From Pseudomonadota bacterium (GTDB lineage Bacteria; Bdellovibrionota; UBA1018), in contig JAIXQO010000002.1 of the NCBI GenBank assembly GCA_027485695.1, positions 602,006 to 666,005 on the forward strand: a stretch of 64,000 bases of DNA, read 5' to 3'. Below the pieces are notes generated by a model. That model did no database searches. It was given only the letters and a program-made list of their open reading frames with translations, and was not told the DNA's origin. Below, piece by piece: positions 48,555-58,649 of this stretch (positions within the stretch are counted from its first letter, which is position 1; every line of letters begins with the position of its first letter). The position numbers and the translations under genes were made by a program.

Positions 48555-48896
48555 CTACTCGTCTCGCACGCGAACTTCGAGTAGCTCCACATGGAAAATT
48601 AAACTGGAATTCGGCGGAATGATCTTTCCGATCTGTCGCTCACCGTAGGCGAGTTGTGCGGGGACTTCTAGCGTGCGTTTGCCGCCGACTTTCATCCCCA
48701 TGATTCCGATATCCCAACCTTGAATCACTCGCTTTGAGCCGATAACGAATTGAAAAGGAGTTCCTCGGTCCAGGGAGGAATCAAACTTCGTTCCATCCTC
48801 TAAATAGCCCGTATAGTGACAGATGACGAGCGCACCTTTGACAACAACGTCGCCCGTGCCTTCTAGCGTATCGATGATTTTAAGTTCGGAAATCAT
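48555..48896 (-). CDS. FKBP-type peptidyl-prolyl isomerase
   Basis: HYTG.LEDG.KFDSS.DR, VIQGWD, MKVGGKR, IPPNS.L.F.VEL. Confidence 0.95.
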   Translation of the reverse strand: MISELKIIDTLEGTGDVVVKGALVICHYTGYLEDGTKFDSSLDRGTPFQFVIGSKRVIQGWDIGIMGMKVGGKRTLEVPAQLAYGERQIGKIIPPNSSLIFHVELLEVRVRDE

Positions 48897-48909
48897 GTGC
48901 GAGCCTGAA

Positions 48910-49617
48910 CTACTTCTTCCTGCCGAGGAGATTCAAGAGTTTCAGGAAAAGGTTGATGAAATCGAGGTAAAGCGTGAGAGCGCCGTAAATGGCTTCTTTG
49001 CGGTCTTCGTCGGTGCCTTCGTTGCCGATGATGTTCATCTCTTTGATTTTTTGCGTGTCGTAGGCCGTCAGTCCGGCAAATACGATCACTCCGACCGTGT
49101 TGTATACTTTGCCTGCCACTCCACCCTGCATGCCCGGAAAAAACAGGCTGATGAGACCGTAACCAATCATACCGAACAGTCCCATGATGCAAAACGACCC
49201 GAGCGGCCCGAGGTCGCGTTTGGTGATGTAACCGTAAGCGCTGAGCCCTGCGAATCCACAGGCCGTGAGCGCGAAAACTTGCGTGATACTCTCACCCGTA
49301 TAAATCAGAAAAATCATCGATAGCGTGACGCCCGTCAGTGCGGCGTAGGCCAAATAGATCGCGGCCGCCGCCACTGAGCTCATTCTGCGGATCCAAAGCG
49401 AAAGTGTGAATACGGCTCCCAGCTGCGCGATGAGCAGCCCCCAAAAAACCCAGCGGTTCATCAGGATGTAGGAGATCCAGGCCTCGTTCTGAGAAACGTT
49501 CCAAGCCACCGCACCGGTGAGACAAATGCCTCCGGTCATCCATGCATAGACGCGGGACATAAAACGAGCGTTCTCGGCCGCTACCATCTGAGGGGTCATC
49601 AGTTCCGTATTCTGCAT
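48910..49617 (-). CDS. Bax inhibitor-1/YccA family membrane protein
   Basis: 7 TMs; TKRDL, AYDTQ, ALTLYLDFINLF. Confidence 0.93.
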   Translation of the reverse strand: MQNTELMTPQMVAAENARFMSRVYAWMTGGICLTGAVAWNVSQNEAWISYILMNRWVFWGLLIAQLGAVFTLSLWIRRMSSVAAAAIYLAYAALTGVTLSMIFLIYTGESITQVFALTACGFAGLSAYGYITKRDLGPLGSFCIMGLFGMIGYGLISLFFPGMQGGVAGKVYNTVGVIVFAGLTAYDTQKIKEMNIIGNEGTDEDRKEAIYGALTLYLDFINLFLKLLNLLGRKK

Positions 49618-49687
49618 GATCCTATTCTAATGGTTCAGAAACTGGGCGCAAGTAGACTCGCTATGGTAGGTTCAAGTCCGTCAAAAG

Positions 49688-51217
49688 ATGAACTTAAATG
49701 ATCTTCCCCTTTTCTTCTTGGACCTCCAAACCACGGGCGCAACGCCTCGGACAGCGAGGATTTTAGAGATCGCCTGGGGTGCCCCTTATGACCAACCGGA
49801 CGAGTCCTATCTCGTTCCGAGCCCGAACGGTGATCCACTCTCCCCGGGGATACGAAGGATTACGGGAGTGAACGAAGAAGAAATGGCGCAAGCGCCCGCA
49901 GAGGCCGTTACACTCTCACGATTCAAAAACTATCTCACGACGAGTGGCCGAACATATGGCGTGATTCATTTCGCCAAATTTGAGACGCCGTTTCTTCGAG
50001 AATGGCTCTCGTGCGCCGATACCGAGTTTCCTTTTAAGACGATTTGTACCTTTGAGATCGCTAGACGCCTCCTCCCGGATCTCCCGAGTCGGGGAATCCG
50101 CGGCTTGGCTGGATATTTCGGTGTTCCCGCCTCAAACGAGCTCAAACGCGCAGCCGCGCAGATTCAAGCAACGCGCGTGATTTGGCAAGGACTCCTCCCA
50201 CTTCTCCAGGAACGCGGGATCCAGTCTCTAGAAGAACTCCAGAATTTTCTGGAGTCTCCCGTCCCCAAGAAAACCAAGCACGTCTACCAACTCCCTGCCG
50301 AAAAACGACTTACCCTCCCCGATTCGCCCGGCATCTACAAAATGCTCGGACGCGACGGCACGATCCTTTACGTCGGCAAGGCAACGAGCCTCAAAGACCG
50401 CGTGAACAGCTATTTTCGTGGCCGCAAGGGACGCGATCCCAAGAAACTCGAAATGCTCACGCAGGTTTGGGACCTGGAGACGGTGAGCTGCGATACACCA
50501 CTGGAGGCGGCACTCTTAGAAACCGACGAAATCAAAAGGCTCGACCCGCCCTACAATATCAGTTTGAAATCACGAGATCGGAAACTCTATTTCTACGATC
50601 GTACGCTGGTCGAGTTCTCGAATCAGGAGACCGACCGCCATCGAATTGGACCTTTCACGAGCGAAGAGTCCCTGCGCATGGTTCTTCGGATCGCACGAGC
50701 GCCTCGCGAAAATGCGGAAATCCGCTTCTCAGAAAATCCTTTCTACGATCCGATCGAACTGGAACTCGTTCAAAAGGGATTCGACCGGTTTCTGGAATTA
50801 CAGAGTCTGTCACCTGATCAACTCCGTTCTCCGCGCTCGGTCCTCGCGCTCGGGCTCCACTGTTTGAGAAATCTGCCACCAGAAGATGAGAACATCGATT
50901 CGAAAGATGAGACCGATGAAACAGAAATCGAAGTGACACCCGAGACGATCGCAGAAAAGTTCCTTCGTCACTTAGCCAGTAACGCCGAGACTTACTTGCG
51001 CGCGAGATCGCTTGCCAAATACTTGAATTCCGAATGGGAAATCCCATTCCAAGGTAAAACGAAGCGAATTCGTTTCCAAAATGGCGTACGAACCGCAGAA
51101 GACCAGCTCACCTCCGACGAAACGAGTTCCCGAGAAATGAGCTGGAGAGGTCTCGGAGTTTCCGACTACGACCGGATGATCGTCCTCAGATCAGGGATCG
51201 AACAGCTGACCGACTGA
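49688..51217 (+). CDS. DnaQ-like exonuclease domain fused to a UvrC-like GIY-YIG nuclease
   Basis: DLQTTG ExoI-like motif; LP..PG.Y.M...G.ILYVGKA..L..RV.SYF, EA.LLE...IK...P.YN. Confidence 0.85.
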   Translation: MNLNDLPLFFLDLQTTGATPRTARILEIAWGAPYDQPDESYLVPSPNGDPLSPGIRRITGVNEEEMAQAPAEAVTLSRFKNYLTTSGRTYGVIHFAKFETPFLREWLSCADTEFPFKTICTFEIARRLLPDLPSRGIRGLAGYFGVPASNELKRAAAQIQATRVIWQGLLPLLQERGIQSLEELQNFLESPVPKKTKHVYQLPAEKRLTLPDSPGIYKMLGRDGTILYVGKATSLKDRVNSYFRGRKGRDPKKLEMLTQVWDLETVSCDTPLEAALLETDEIKRLDPPYNISLKSRDRKLYFYDRTLVEFSNQETDRHRIGPFTSEESLRMVLRIARAPRENAEIRFSENPFYDPIELELVQKGFDRFLELQSLSPDQLRSPRSVLALGLHCLRNLPPEDENIDSKDETDETEIEVTPETIAEKFLRHLASNAETYLRARSLAKYLNSEWEIPFQGKTKRIRFQNGVRTAEDQLTSDETSSREMSWRGLGVSDYDRMIVLRSGIEQLTD

Positions 51218-52163
51218 GGTATTCCTCGAGTTTGTCGAACGATCCGGTCCAGCCTTGGGTCATGCCGCCGCGTTCTTGGATGAACGCCTCGAGCTCTTCG
51301 CGAGTTGCAGTTCCAGAGATCTCCCAGTTCACGGTCACGCGCGTTTCATTCGGTCCTTCGGAGGCGAACGCAACGGTCGTCAGCATCGTCTCAGGCCAAG
51401 TCGGTGCATGTGGATGTCGAGAAACCTTGCCGCTAGCGTCGGCAAACTGCTGTTGATAGACGAGCTTCAAAGGGCGGCTCATCTCCACGTATTCGATCAG
51501 GCCAAAAAACTCAAACGTTTGCCCAGCGTCGAACATCCTGAAGAACGATTTACCCCCCGGCCGAATATCAGCGCGCACGAATTCCATTTCCACACCGGTC
51601 GGCGCTAACCAGTGAGTGACATGTTCCGGTTTCGTCCACAAATCGTAGAGTGTTTCAATGGGTGCACGGAATGTGCGGTTGATGACGAACGTTTCTTTTC
51701 CGCTCACCTCATGGGTGAGGAATTCTGCGAGGCGATCCCACGTAGAATTTCCACCCGCTTGCTTGATGAATCCAGCCATCTGTTTTGCGACTTCGGGATT
51801 CTCAAACGCCATCGCCATTTCCATCAAGGTCTTGCCTTTGACATCTTGAAACGTCACGGTCACACGAAAAAGCGGAGGCCGATCATCGTTTCCGCCGTGG
51901 TCATAGACGAGACGCGAGTATTTCTCGACCTCATGGTAGATCGTTTTGTTCTCCCAATCCTTACCGTCCGGTCCGTGCATCGTGTAGGACCAGTGACCGC
52001 CGGGGCGAAGATCTTTACTGTGAGTCGTGAGCGTGAAACCGCGCGGGCCCCACCATTTCGCCACTTGCTTGGGGTCAGTCCAGGCGTCCCAGACGGTTTT
52101 CACGTCGGCATCGTAGAGACGGGTGAGATAGATCTCATTGGGCTTATTTCGTGATCCGGACAT
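51186..52163 (-). CDS. tandem SRPBCC domain protein
   Basis: Two AHSA1-like repeats (WWGP.GF..DLRPGG; W.AP..DIRPGG..GW..SFDKL). Confidence 0.88.
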   Translation of the reverse strand: MSGSRNKPNEIYLTRLYDADVKTVWDAWTDPKQVAKWWGPRGFTLTTHSKDLRPGGHWSYTMHGPDGKDWENKTIYHEVEKYSRLVYDHGGNDDRPPLFRVTVTFQDVKGKTLMEMAMAFENPEVAKQMAGFIKQAGGNSTWDRLAEFLTHEVSGKETFVINRTFRAPIETLYDLWTKPEHVTHWLAPTGVEMEFVRADIRPGGKSFFRMFDAGQTFEFFGLIEYVEMSRPLKLVYQQQFADASGKVSRHPHAPTWPETMLTTVAFASEGPNETRVTVNWEISGTATREELEAFIQERGGMTQGWTGSFDKLEEYLSRSAVRSLI

Positions 52164-52533
52164 TTTTTCTACTCCTCGATGATGGTCTTTTTTTTGAGGC
52201 GGCCTTTTTAGCCGTGACCGTTTTTAAGTAGGCATCCAGCCGATCCAAGCTCTCTTCCCAGAAAACCCGATACTGTTCCATCCACGACGACGCGTCTCTC
52301 AGCGCCTCTCCTTCGAGCTTGCACGGGCGCCACTGGGCGTTTCGCGACTTACTGATGAGTCCCGCTTTTTCTAGCACCTTGAGATGCTTGGTCACAGCCG
52401 GTAGGCTCATCGATCCCAAAAACGGAGCCGCCAGATCCGACACGCTCGCCTCTCCTTCTGACAAGCGCGCCAAGATCGCCCGACGAGTCGGGTCTGCGAG
52501 CGCGGCAAACGTTTGGCTTAAAGCGTCTTGCAT
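52144..52533 (-). CDS. ArsR/SmtB family regulator
   Basis: FAALADPTRR.IL, KHLKVLE.AGLI. Confidence 0.92.
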   Translation of the reverse strand: MQDALSQTFAALADPTRRAILARLSEGEASVSDLAAPFLGSMSLPAVTKHLKVLEKAGLISKSRNAQWRPCKLEGEALRDASSWMEQYRVFWEESLDRLDAYLKTVTAKKAASKKRPSSRSRKNVRITK

Positions 52534-52571
52534 ATTTAACTATTCGGTTAATTAACTAATCAGTTAAATAT
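52533..52571. promoter_or_regulatory. tandem palindromic operator, probably ArsR autoregulation
   Basis: TTTAACTATTCGGTTAA and TTAACTAATCAGTTAAA directly upstream of the ArsR start. Confidence 0.65.
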
Positions 52572-52645
52572 AGAGCAAAAAAGAGTGCCTGAAAAGATCT
52601 ATTCTCAGGCTCGGCTAAGTGATCGTTTTGTCAGCGATCCGGGAG

Positions 52646-53161
52646 CTACCGCTCCGACTGCTTGATATTCCAATCGGTTACCCAAGCTGGTATCGGCGGC
52701 GAAGACTGATTCACTCCTCCAAGCGCCAAGATCTCTGCCGCCCTCACGGAGCCCCCCACTTTTTTCAAGAATCGGGCGCGAACCACGGCTTCGGCGATCG
52801 CCGTTTCGCCGCGATAAAACTTCTGACTGAGGAGAAACGCTTGATCGTCCCATCCAAGCACACGCGTCTGAACTTCGAATCGATCCCAGAGCTGAAGTGA
52901 TTTTCGGTAGCGAATCATCTGAGAAACGACGACTGGATAATACCCCTGATCCGAGATCAGTTTTGCAAACCCCGAACGAAGCATCAAATCGGTACGACCC
53001 AAATCCATAATCGTCAGGTAACGCCCGTTATTCATGTGCCGGAGGAGATCTAGGTCATTCGGCCAACAACGAAAAGGCGTGCGGCAAACCTCTAATATTC
53101 CCACGCGAGGGCGAAAACGATACAAGAGGAATACACCGAGCAATCGGATCAAAAGATTCAT
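52646..53161 (-). CDS. acyl-CoA thioesterase (4HBT-like)
   Basis: D.D...HMNNGRY...D.GR. Confidence 0.85.
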   Translation of the reverse strand: MNLLIRLLGVFLLYRFRPRVGILEVCRTPFRCWPNDLDLLRHMNNGRYLTIMDLGRTDLMLRSGFAKLISDQGYYPVVVSQMIRYRKSLQLWDRFEVQTRVLGWDDQAFLLSQKFYRGETAIAEAVVRARFLKKVGGSVRAAEILALGGVNQSSPPIPAWVTDWNIKQSER

Positions 53162-53172
53162 ACCCGGCTTAT

Positions 53173-53188
53173 TGTACCAAATGGTACA
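53173..53188. promoter_or_regulatory. putative TetR operator
   Basis: TGTACCA-AA-TGGTACA palindrome between divergent thioesterase and TetR genes. Confidence 0.65.
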
Positions 53189-53208
53189 CTTATGTCAATG
53201 GAGGCGTT

Positions 53209-53814
53209 TTGGCGAGAATATCAGACCCGAAGCTCAAGGAAGAACTTCTGAAAAAGAGCGTCGACGCCTGCATTCAAGATGGCTTCTCGGGATTCTCGCT
53301 CCGCACCCTCGCCGACCAAATCGGCACGAGCCACCGGATGCTCATCTATCATTTCGGGTCCACGCAGAAACTTTTTGAGACGATCTTAGGCGAGTTTCGC
53401 AAACGAAACGTGGCCATCATCCAAGAAGAATTTTCACAGGCGAAGTCTTCTGAGGATTTCGTACGCATCACGCAACGACTCTGGAAGCGACTTTCATCAC
53501 AGGAAAATCGGAATCTTATGATCTCCTATTTCGAAGTCCAGAACTACTGCTTGAGAAACGGCGACACCCGAAGAACTTCTGAATACCTAGAAGCCACGCT
53601 TGAAACTTGGTTGAAGCCCATCGCCGCTACCCTTGCGCGCCTTGGGGTCAACGGCCCCCAAAGCCGAGTCATCGGACGACTCATCTTGAGCGGAGGGCGC
53701 GGACTGCTTCTCGATGGGATGGGATCCGGCTCTACCACTGACCAAAAAGAGCTTCAGCGATCTTTCGACCTGCTATTGGAAGCCGTCATTCAAGTCATCC
53801 CAAAAATCCGGTAA
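53209..53814 (+). CDS. TetR family regulator
   Basis: SLR.LA..IGTS.RML.YHFGS HTH. Confidence 0.9.
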   Translation: MARISDPKLKEELLKKSVDACIQDGFSGFSLRTLADQIGTSHRMLIYHFGSTQKLFETILGEFRKRNVAIIQEEFSQAKSSEDFVRITQRLWKRLSSQENRNLMISYFEVQNYCLRNGDTRRTSEYLEATLETWLKPIAATLARLGVNGPQSRVIGRLILSGGRGLLLDGMGSGSTTDQKELQRSFDLLLEAVIQVIPKIR

Positions 53815-53823
53815 AACAAACGC

Positions 53824-54294
53824 ATGACCGAGTCGATTCAGATTTCCCCTATTGGATATGTCCACTCCGCTCGCAAAACTCCCGAGGATGATTTCTGGAA
53901 TGCGGTCCCCACTGAAATTGAGCTCGACGCCTCCCGCTTCTCTCCTGACTCGCTCGCCGGACTCACGGACTTCTCGCACATCGAAGTGATCTTCTATATG
54001 AACCACGTCGAGAGCGAGGCGATTCAAATGGGCGCTCGCCACCCGCGCAATCGCAAAGACTGGCCGCTCGTAGGTATTTTCGCTCAACGGGGGAAGAACC
54101 GTCCCAACCGGCTGGGCACTACGGTTTGTAGAATCTTGTCCGTCGAAGGACTTCGGATTCGTGTCGAGGGCCTAGACGCGATTCAAGGGACTCCCGTCCT
54201 CGACATCAAGCCGTGGGTCGATGAGTTCGCTCCGCAAGGCCCGACTCGCCAACCCGAATGGATGACTGAACTGATGAAGAACTACTGGAAATAG
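53824..54294 (+). CDS. TsaA/TrmO-like SAM-binding protein
   Basis: PIG.V, GL..FSH, GIFA.R...RPN.LG, LDA..GTPVLDIKP. Confidence 0.85.
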   Translation: MTESIQISPIGYVHSARKTPEDDFWNAVPTEIELDASRFSPDSLAGLTDFSHIEVIFYMNHVESEAIQMGARHPRNRKDWPLVGIFAQRGKNRPNRLGTTVCRILSVEGLRIRVEGLDAIQGTPVLDIKPWVDEFAPQGPTRQPEWMTELMKNYWK

Positions 54295-54298
54295 AAAC

Positions 54299-54330
54299 GG
54301 CCACCGAATCACTTCGGTAGCCGCAAAAAA
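54299..54330 (-). terminator. probable intrinsic terminator between convergent genes
   Basis: GGCCACCGAA/TTCGGTAGCC imperfect stem next to an A run. Confidence 0.4.
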
Positions 54331-54350
54331 CTTTTCTCGTTGTCGTTGAA

Positions 54351-54857
54351 CTAAAATGCCACTCGCGCGCAAGGAGCAACGGTGACTGTCACGTTCTCAT
54401 GTCCACCCGTTTTGGAATTCAAATCCGGAAATACGAAATTCACCACACCCGGACGACCTTCGAATACGGATACGTTGAGCGAATAGTGCCCGGCGTTTCT
54501 TACTTGGCGATAGAAACCGGAGACATAAATTTGAGCGCGCCCTTCACGAGTGAGCGTGGCTTCGTTGACTTCGCGAATTTGATACGGATCCACATTCTCG
54601 AGCAGCGTTCCGCGAATCACGTACTGAGCAACACTCCCATAAATCATGTTCGGGAATTTCGATGGATCCGGCGACACGACGACCAATCGATTGAGTCGAC
54701 CGAAACGTCCATCTTGTTCGAAATCCACAACCATCGTTCCATTGGATGCGACATCAACGTGACTAGAACTGGTCACCGGACAGACCATGCGGAATGTGCC
54801 TGCCGATGCGTTGAACGAAAACGCGATCCCCATCAAAATCAAAAATCCGAATTTCAT
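54351..54857 (-). CDS. secreted hypothetical protein
   Basis: Signal peptide ending ASA-G; two Cys. Confidence 0.65.
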   Translation of the reverse strand: MKFGFLILMGIAFSFNASAGTFRMVCPVTSSSHVDVASNGTMVVDFEQDGRFGRLNRLVVVSPDPSKFPNMIYGSVAQYVIRGTLLENVDPYQIREVNEATLTREGRAQIYVSGFYRQVRNAGHYSLNVSVFEGRPGVVNFVFPDLNSKTGGHENVTVTVAPCARVAF

Positions 54858-55033
54858 GGCGCCCCTTTTACACAGGAGACGGATTCGGGTGCAAGTGACA
54901 CCTGAACTTCATGCTCGTTTTTAAGTACGCAACGCATTAGTACTTCTTACCGAAGCCAGGAGACTGGCTCGGTTTCGGTAAAGGTTCCCCTGCTTCTCAA
55001 CAGGCATAAAACCAATTAAACTAGGCAGATCCT

Positions 55034-55681
55034 ATGAAAACCTCCATTCAGATTGAACTCGATGCAATCGTCAAGCTCACCCATGGCGCTCAGTATAAAA
55101 CTGCCCTAAAACGAGCTCAGCAATTAAGGAGAAACCATCGCGATCATTTCGATGTCGAGTATATTTATGCAAAGATCTTGGGTGACTACGCTGACGAACT
55201 CCCAAAAAAAGAACGCGCAAAACTAAAACGCGAAGCTAGTCAGATATTAAGAAAACTTTGTTATCGGCTCGCAGGGAAATCGACCGAAACTCAATTCTGG
55301 GTACGAACCAACTACTACTATCACTTGGCCCGTTTCCAAGACCTGATCCGGGTTGGGCACGAGCTCTTTAAGCAGAATCCACTCCGTGGCCTCTACGCGA
55401 TTGCTGGAGGATCCGCCCTCCATGCGGAAGCTCAGGCGCTTAAAAAAAATCAAACGATCGCAAAACGTTACGCCAGAGAATCTCTCAAGTATTGGAAACA
55501 ATATTTCAAACTCAGCCCCCGAGAAAAATACTATTTCCCCTATACGCTCGAAGCAATGGCACATGCCATCCTGAACGACGAAGCATCCATGAATCGACTT
55601 CTAAAAAAGGCAGAAAAACTCAGCGGTCAGAAGCACGACTACTGGGAGTTTAAAGAAGTTCGAAGTCTACTGGCAGGCTAG
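55034..55681 (+). CDS. hypothetical all-helical (TPR-like) protein
   Basis: Basic, Ala/Leu/Tyr-rich helical pattern. Confidence 0.55.
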   Translation: MKTSIQIELDAIVKLTHGAQYKTALKRAQQLRRNHRDHFDVEYIYAKILGDYADELPKKERAKLKREASQILRKLCYRLAGKSTETQFWVRTNYYYHLARFQDLIRVGHELFKQNPLRGLYAIAGGSALHAEAQALKKNQTIAKRYARESLKYWKQYFKLSPREKYYFPYTLEAMAHAILNDEASMNRLLKKAEKLSGQKHDYWEFKEVRSLLAG

Positions 55682-56928
55682 CCGTTTGCCAGCTCACTCA
55701 CCACCTGCCTCACTTGCTCTCGAATATCCGGAAGCGCCGTGATTTCCCAAAGTGTACTACGCGCCGGTGGCCCGATGAACCATAGGCCGCGCTCATTTCC
55801 TAACCCGCCAAGATCGAGGTCCTCGTCAATGGGAGCGCCGACGGCGAGCGCGATCCGATCGCACGTGTAAGCGACGACTTCAGAGGAGTTCTTGAGGCCA
55901 AGCTCCAGCTGAATTCGACCATTCACTCGTTGAGCGAACTTCACTCGTCCTGCCATGACTCGAACTCGACCAGATTTTAGATCATGGTCCAACTCAGCAC
56001 GAATACCCTGGGGCATCCGATGCCGAATCACTTCCCAATAGGGCCTTAAATGACGGAAAAAACGGCGTCGTTCTCTTGGTTCCCAAGCTCTCCAAATCGC
56101 TCTGACTTGGGCGCGAATGGCAATCGCAAGTGATGGCCACCCGGCCTGAGTTTCGCGCTTGAGGTTCCGTACGAGCCGCAGAATCTGGACCGGAGTCAGA
56201 GTGTCGAGTTTCGGTATCTGGATCGGAACGGGAGCATCTTCATGCGCGATTGGAAACAAACCCCGACGAGAGATGAAATCGACCTGAATATCGCCCGCAT
56301 TACGCACGCGTCTCCAAACATCGATCGCCGTCAGTCCAGTGCCAACGATCAGGATCTCATCTGATTTTTGGCAATTGCTCAAATCATCCAGAGAGATCAT
56401 CACGCGATCACGAACCGGGACTAGCGCAGCAAAGTCACGCGACAAATCCGGCGAGCGATATCCAGTTGCGACAATCAGCGCATCCACCCGCTCCATTGCT
56501 TGAGAATCTAAGGTCAGCGCAAAACGATCGTTTTCTTTTTGAACGGCTATGACCCGCGCAGCGATGTGGACGAACGGAACCGAATTCACTCGATCCACAA
56601 TATAATCACCATAAACCGCGCGATTCACATAAGGCCAGTGTTCAAAACTCGATTCAGAGCGACCTTGAGTTTTCAGCCACTCGACAAAATCCTGGGGATC
56701 ATCTGAACGAGCACTCATCAGTGCGGCGGGAACATTCAAAAGATCGCCGCGATCGGGTCCTGCATAGGCACGTCCACGTCCCGTTTCAGACGTGGGATCG
56801 AAAACCACCAGCTCAATCGATGGATCCAGACGCCGACGACACTCGATCACAAACAGCGCGGCACTAGCGCCACCGCCAACAATGCCGATTCGCTTGGGTG
56901 CTTGAATGAAAGTTTTTCGTGAATTCAA
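55678..56928 (-). CDS. FAD/NAD(P)-binding oxidoreductase (YdhS-like)
   Basis: IVGGGASA, G.G.AY, LLNVPA..MS, ATG, VGTGLT..D, SR.G..P, W...RHRM. Confidence 0.82.
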   Translation of the reverse strand: MNSRKTFIQAPKRIGIVGGGASAALFVIECRRRLDPSIELVVFDPTSETGRGRAYAGPDRGDLLNVPAALMSARSDDPQDFVEWLKTQGRSESSFEHWPYVNRAVYGDYIVDRVNSVPFVHIAARVIAVQKENDRFALTLDSQAMERVDALIVATGYRSPDLSRDFAALVPVRDRVMISLDDLSNCQKSDEILIVGTGLTAIDVWRRVRNAGDIQVDFISRRGLFPIAHEDAPVPIQIPKLDTLTPVQILRLVRNLKRETQAGWPSLAIAIRAQVRAIWRAWEPRERRRFFRHLRPYWEVIRHRMPQGIRAELDHDLKSGRVRVMAGRVKFAQRVNGRIQLELGLKNSSEVVAYTCDRIALAVGAPIDEDLDLGGLGNERGLWFIGPPARSTLWEITALPDIREQVRQVVSELANG

Positions 56929-57000
56929 AACGGTCGATCCCCTGATTCCATTTTGAGAGGGCCAATCGCGTAAAACAACAAAAAGTAGCGGAGTCCTAAC

Positions 57001-58020
57001 CTAAATCTCTCCCAGGACCCGAAGAACGACTCCAATTCGATTTTCCAGACTCCCCGTGAGAGGCGTATAGACAATTCCGCGATCCGCCAATACCCGCAAG
57101 TACCATTCATGTTGAGCGCGTCTGAACTCGTCGTCTGCACGAGTTCCATCCTGCACGAGCGGAAAATCCGGATAACTCAAAAATACGTAATCGTATGATC
57201 GGTGAGAGAGCTTGAGCAATTCCGGATCAACCTTGCCGTTGTAGGCTTCGCTATAAAATTGCGTCGTTAGAGGCGACGTGTCCGCGAAGAAAAATTTATG
57301 CGCCAGGGATCGCGCCTCATTTTCTTTTTTGATCTGCTCGTGGGCAATCACCAGATAGTCTTCAAAATCGAGTTTCCCACCCCGCTCCACCCACAAGGTT
57401 CGTCCGTATTCATCAGCAAACGTGGTGCCCAACTGTTTAGCCAAACACTCGGAGAGCGTGCTCTTGCCCGTCGATTCCGCGCCCAAGAAACAGACTGATT
57501 TAACGAGACTGGAATAGACCAATTTTGGGAGAAAACTCTTTTGATCGTGAAGGGATTTTCTGAGCGCCGTCCCCGAGATCGGAACGCGAATACGCGCTTG
57601 ATCGACGTTCACATGCTGAATTGCATACGATTGGATTCCGGCGCCTTGAAGCCGCGCGCTCATCCGCGCAGCGAACCCATCACCGTAGCACTCGCTCGTG
57701 TAAATCGCATCCAGTGGCATTCCCACTTGAGCGAGGTAGATGTCAGCGACGAAATTTCGATGCGTTTCATCGTCGACTGAGTTCTCGGGAACGGCGAGCG
57801 TTGATCGAGACGAATCCAATACGATCGTAGTCGCCGACGGGTACAGTGCTTTAAGCCAGGACTCCCTGAGACGAGGAGGAAACTCGGAAAACTCTGGCCG
57901 AGTGTAGGATAGAAGCACGAGCTCTTCACATTCGATGATCGCCTGCCGGATCACGAGATCATGCCCCAGATGCAGCGGCGCGAATTTCCCAACGATCAGA
58001 CTGCGCTTAAACCTTTTCAT
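57001..58020 (-). CDS. nadR: NadR-type NMN adenylyltransferase / ribosylnicotinamide kinase (no HTH)
   Basis: GKFAPLHLGH (HIGH-like), IS.T..R, GAESTGKST, EYGR, QDG.R; coupled to pnuC. Confidence 0.88.
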   Translation of the reverse strand: MKRFKRSLIVGKFAPLHLGHDLVIRQAIIECEELVLLSYTRPEFSEFPPRLRESWLKALYPSATTIVLDSSRSTLAVPENSVDDETHRNFVADIYLAQVGMPLDAIYTSECYGDGFAARMSARLQGAGIQSYAIQHVNVDQARIRVPISGTALRKSLHDQKSFLPKLVYSSLVKSVCFLGAESTGKSTLSECLAKQLGTTFADEYGRTLWVERGGKLDFEDYLVIAHEQIKKENEARSLAHKFFFADTSPLTTQFYSEAYNGKVDPELLKLSHRSYDYVFLSYPDFPLVQDGTRADDEFRRAQHEWYLRVLADRGIVYTPLTGSLENRIGVVLRVLGEI

Positions 58021-58580
58021 GCCTGGGTATTCATCAATTTACGCCAAGTGAACCAGCCCCAAACGGCATTTGCGAGAAATACGGCATAGATGCCCGACGT
58101 GAGATAGAGCGCCTTGGATGCATAGAGTGGTACCGCCACAATATTCACCACCATCCACACCCACCAATTTTCTATTTTTCTCGCCATTAGTAGGAACTGC
58201 GCGAGAATCGAGAGCATCAAGACAACCGAATCCACAAAAGGGAAACTCGCGTCCGTCCAGTAGTGGAGTGCCGCTCCATAGAGACCCGTCGAAATACCCG
58301 CAAGCGCAAGGAGCGCAAGGAACACTCGAGCCTTGAGGCGCGTAATGGGCAGGTCTGTTTTCTGCTCGCCGCCACGTTTCCATTTCCAGAGGCCATAAGC
58401 GCTCGTTAGGACGAAAAATACTTGTAGCGATACATCCGCGTAGAGTTTGACCTGATAGAATAGCACACCGAACAAAATGCATCCGACGATCCCCACTGGC
58501 CAGGTCCACGCGTTATTCCGGCGAGCAAGGAGAACGGAGATCAAATTAAGGATATTGGACGCAATTTCGAGTGAACCCAC
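58017..58580 (-). CDS. pnuC: nicotinamide riboside transporter
   Basis: W.W..G, LYAD..LQ, YG.W.W, P..DS, AQ.L.ARK..E.W. Confidence 0.92.
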   Translation of the reverse strand: MGSLEIASNILNLISVLLARRNNAWTWPVGIVGCILFGVLFYQVKLYADVSLQVFFVLTSAYGLWKWKRGGEQKTDLPITRLKARVFLALLALAGISTGLYGAALHYWTDASFPFVDSVVLMLSILAQFLLMARKIENWWVWMVVNIVAVPLYASKALYLTSGIYAVFLANAVWGWFTWRKLMNTQA

Positions 58581-58633
58581 CCGATGATCATATCCGGAAC
58601 CATCCCCTCTCGGTCAAATGACAATGTTCACTC

Positions 58634-58649
58634 CGGCATGGGTTGTGCA
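58634..58649 (+). promoter_or_regulatory. putative sigma54 promoter
   Basis: CGGCATGGGTTGTGCA = GG-N10-GC upstream of the hemerythrin-domain gene. Confidence 0.45.

Noticed and set aside
54947-54981. TTACCGAA...TTCGGTAA hairpin between divergent genes
   Set aside because: Single short hairpin with no U-tract or other copy seen; no function can be supported
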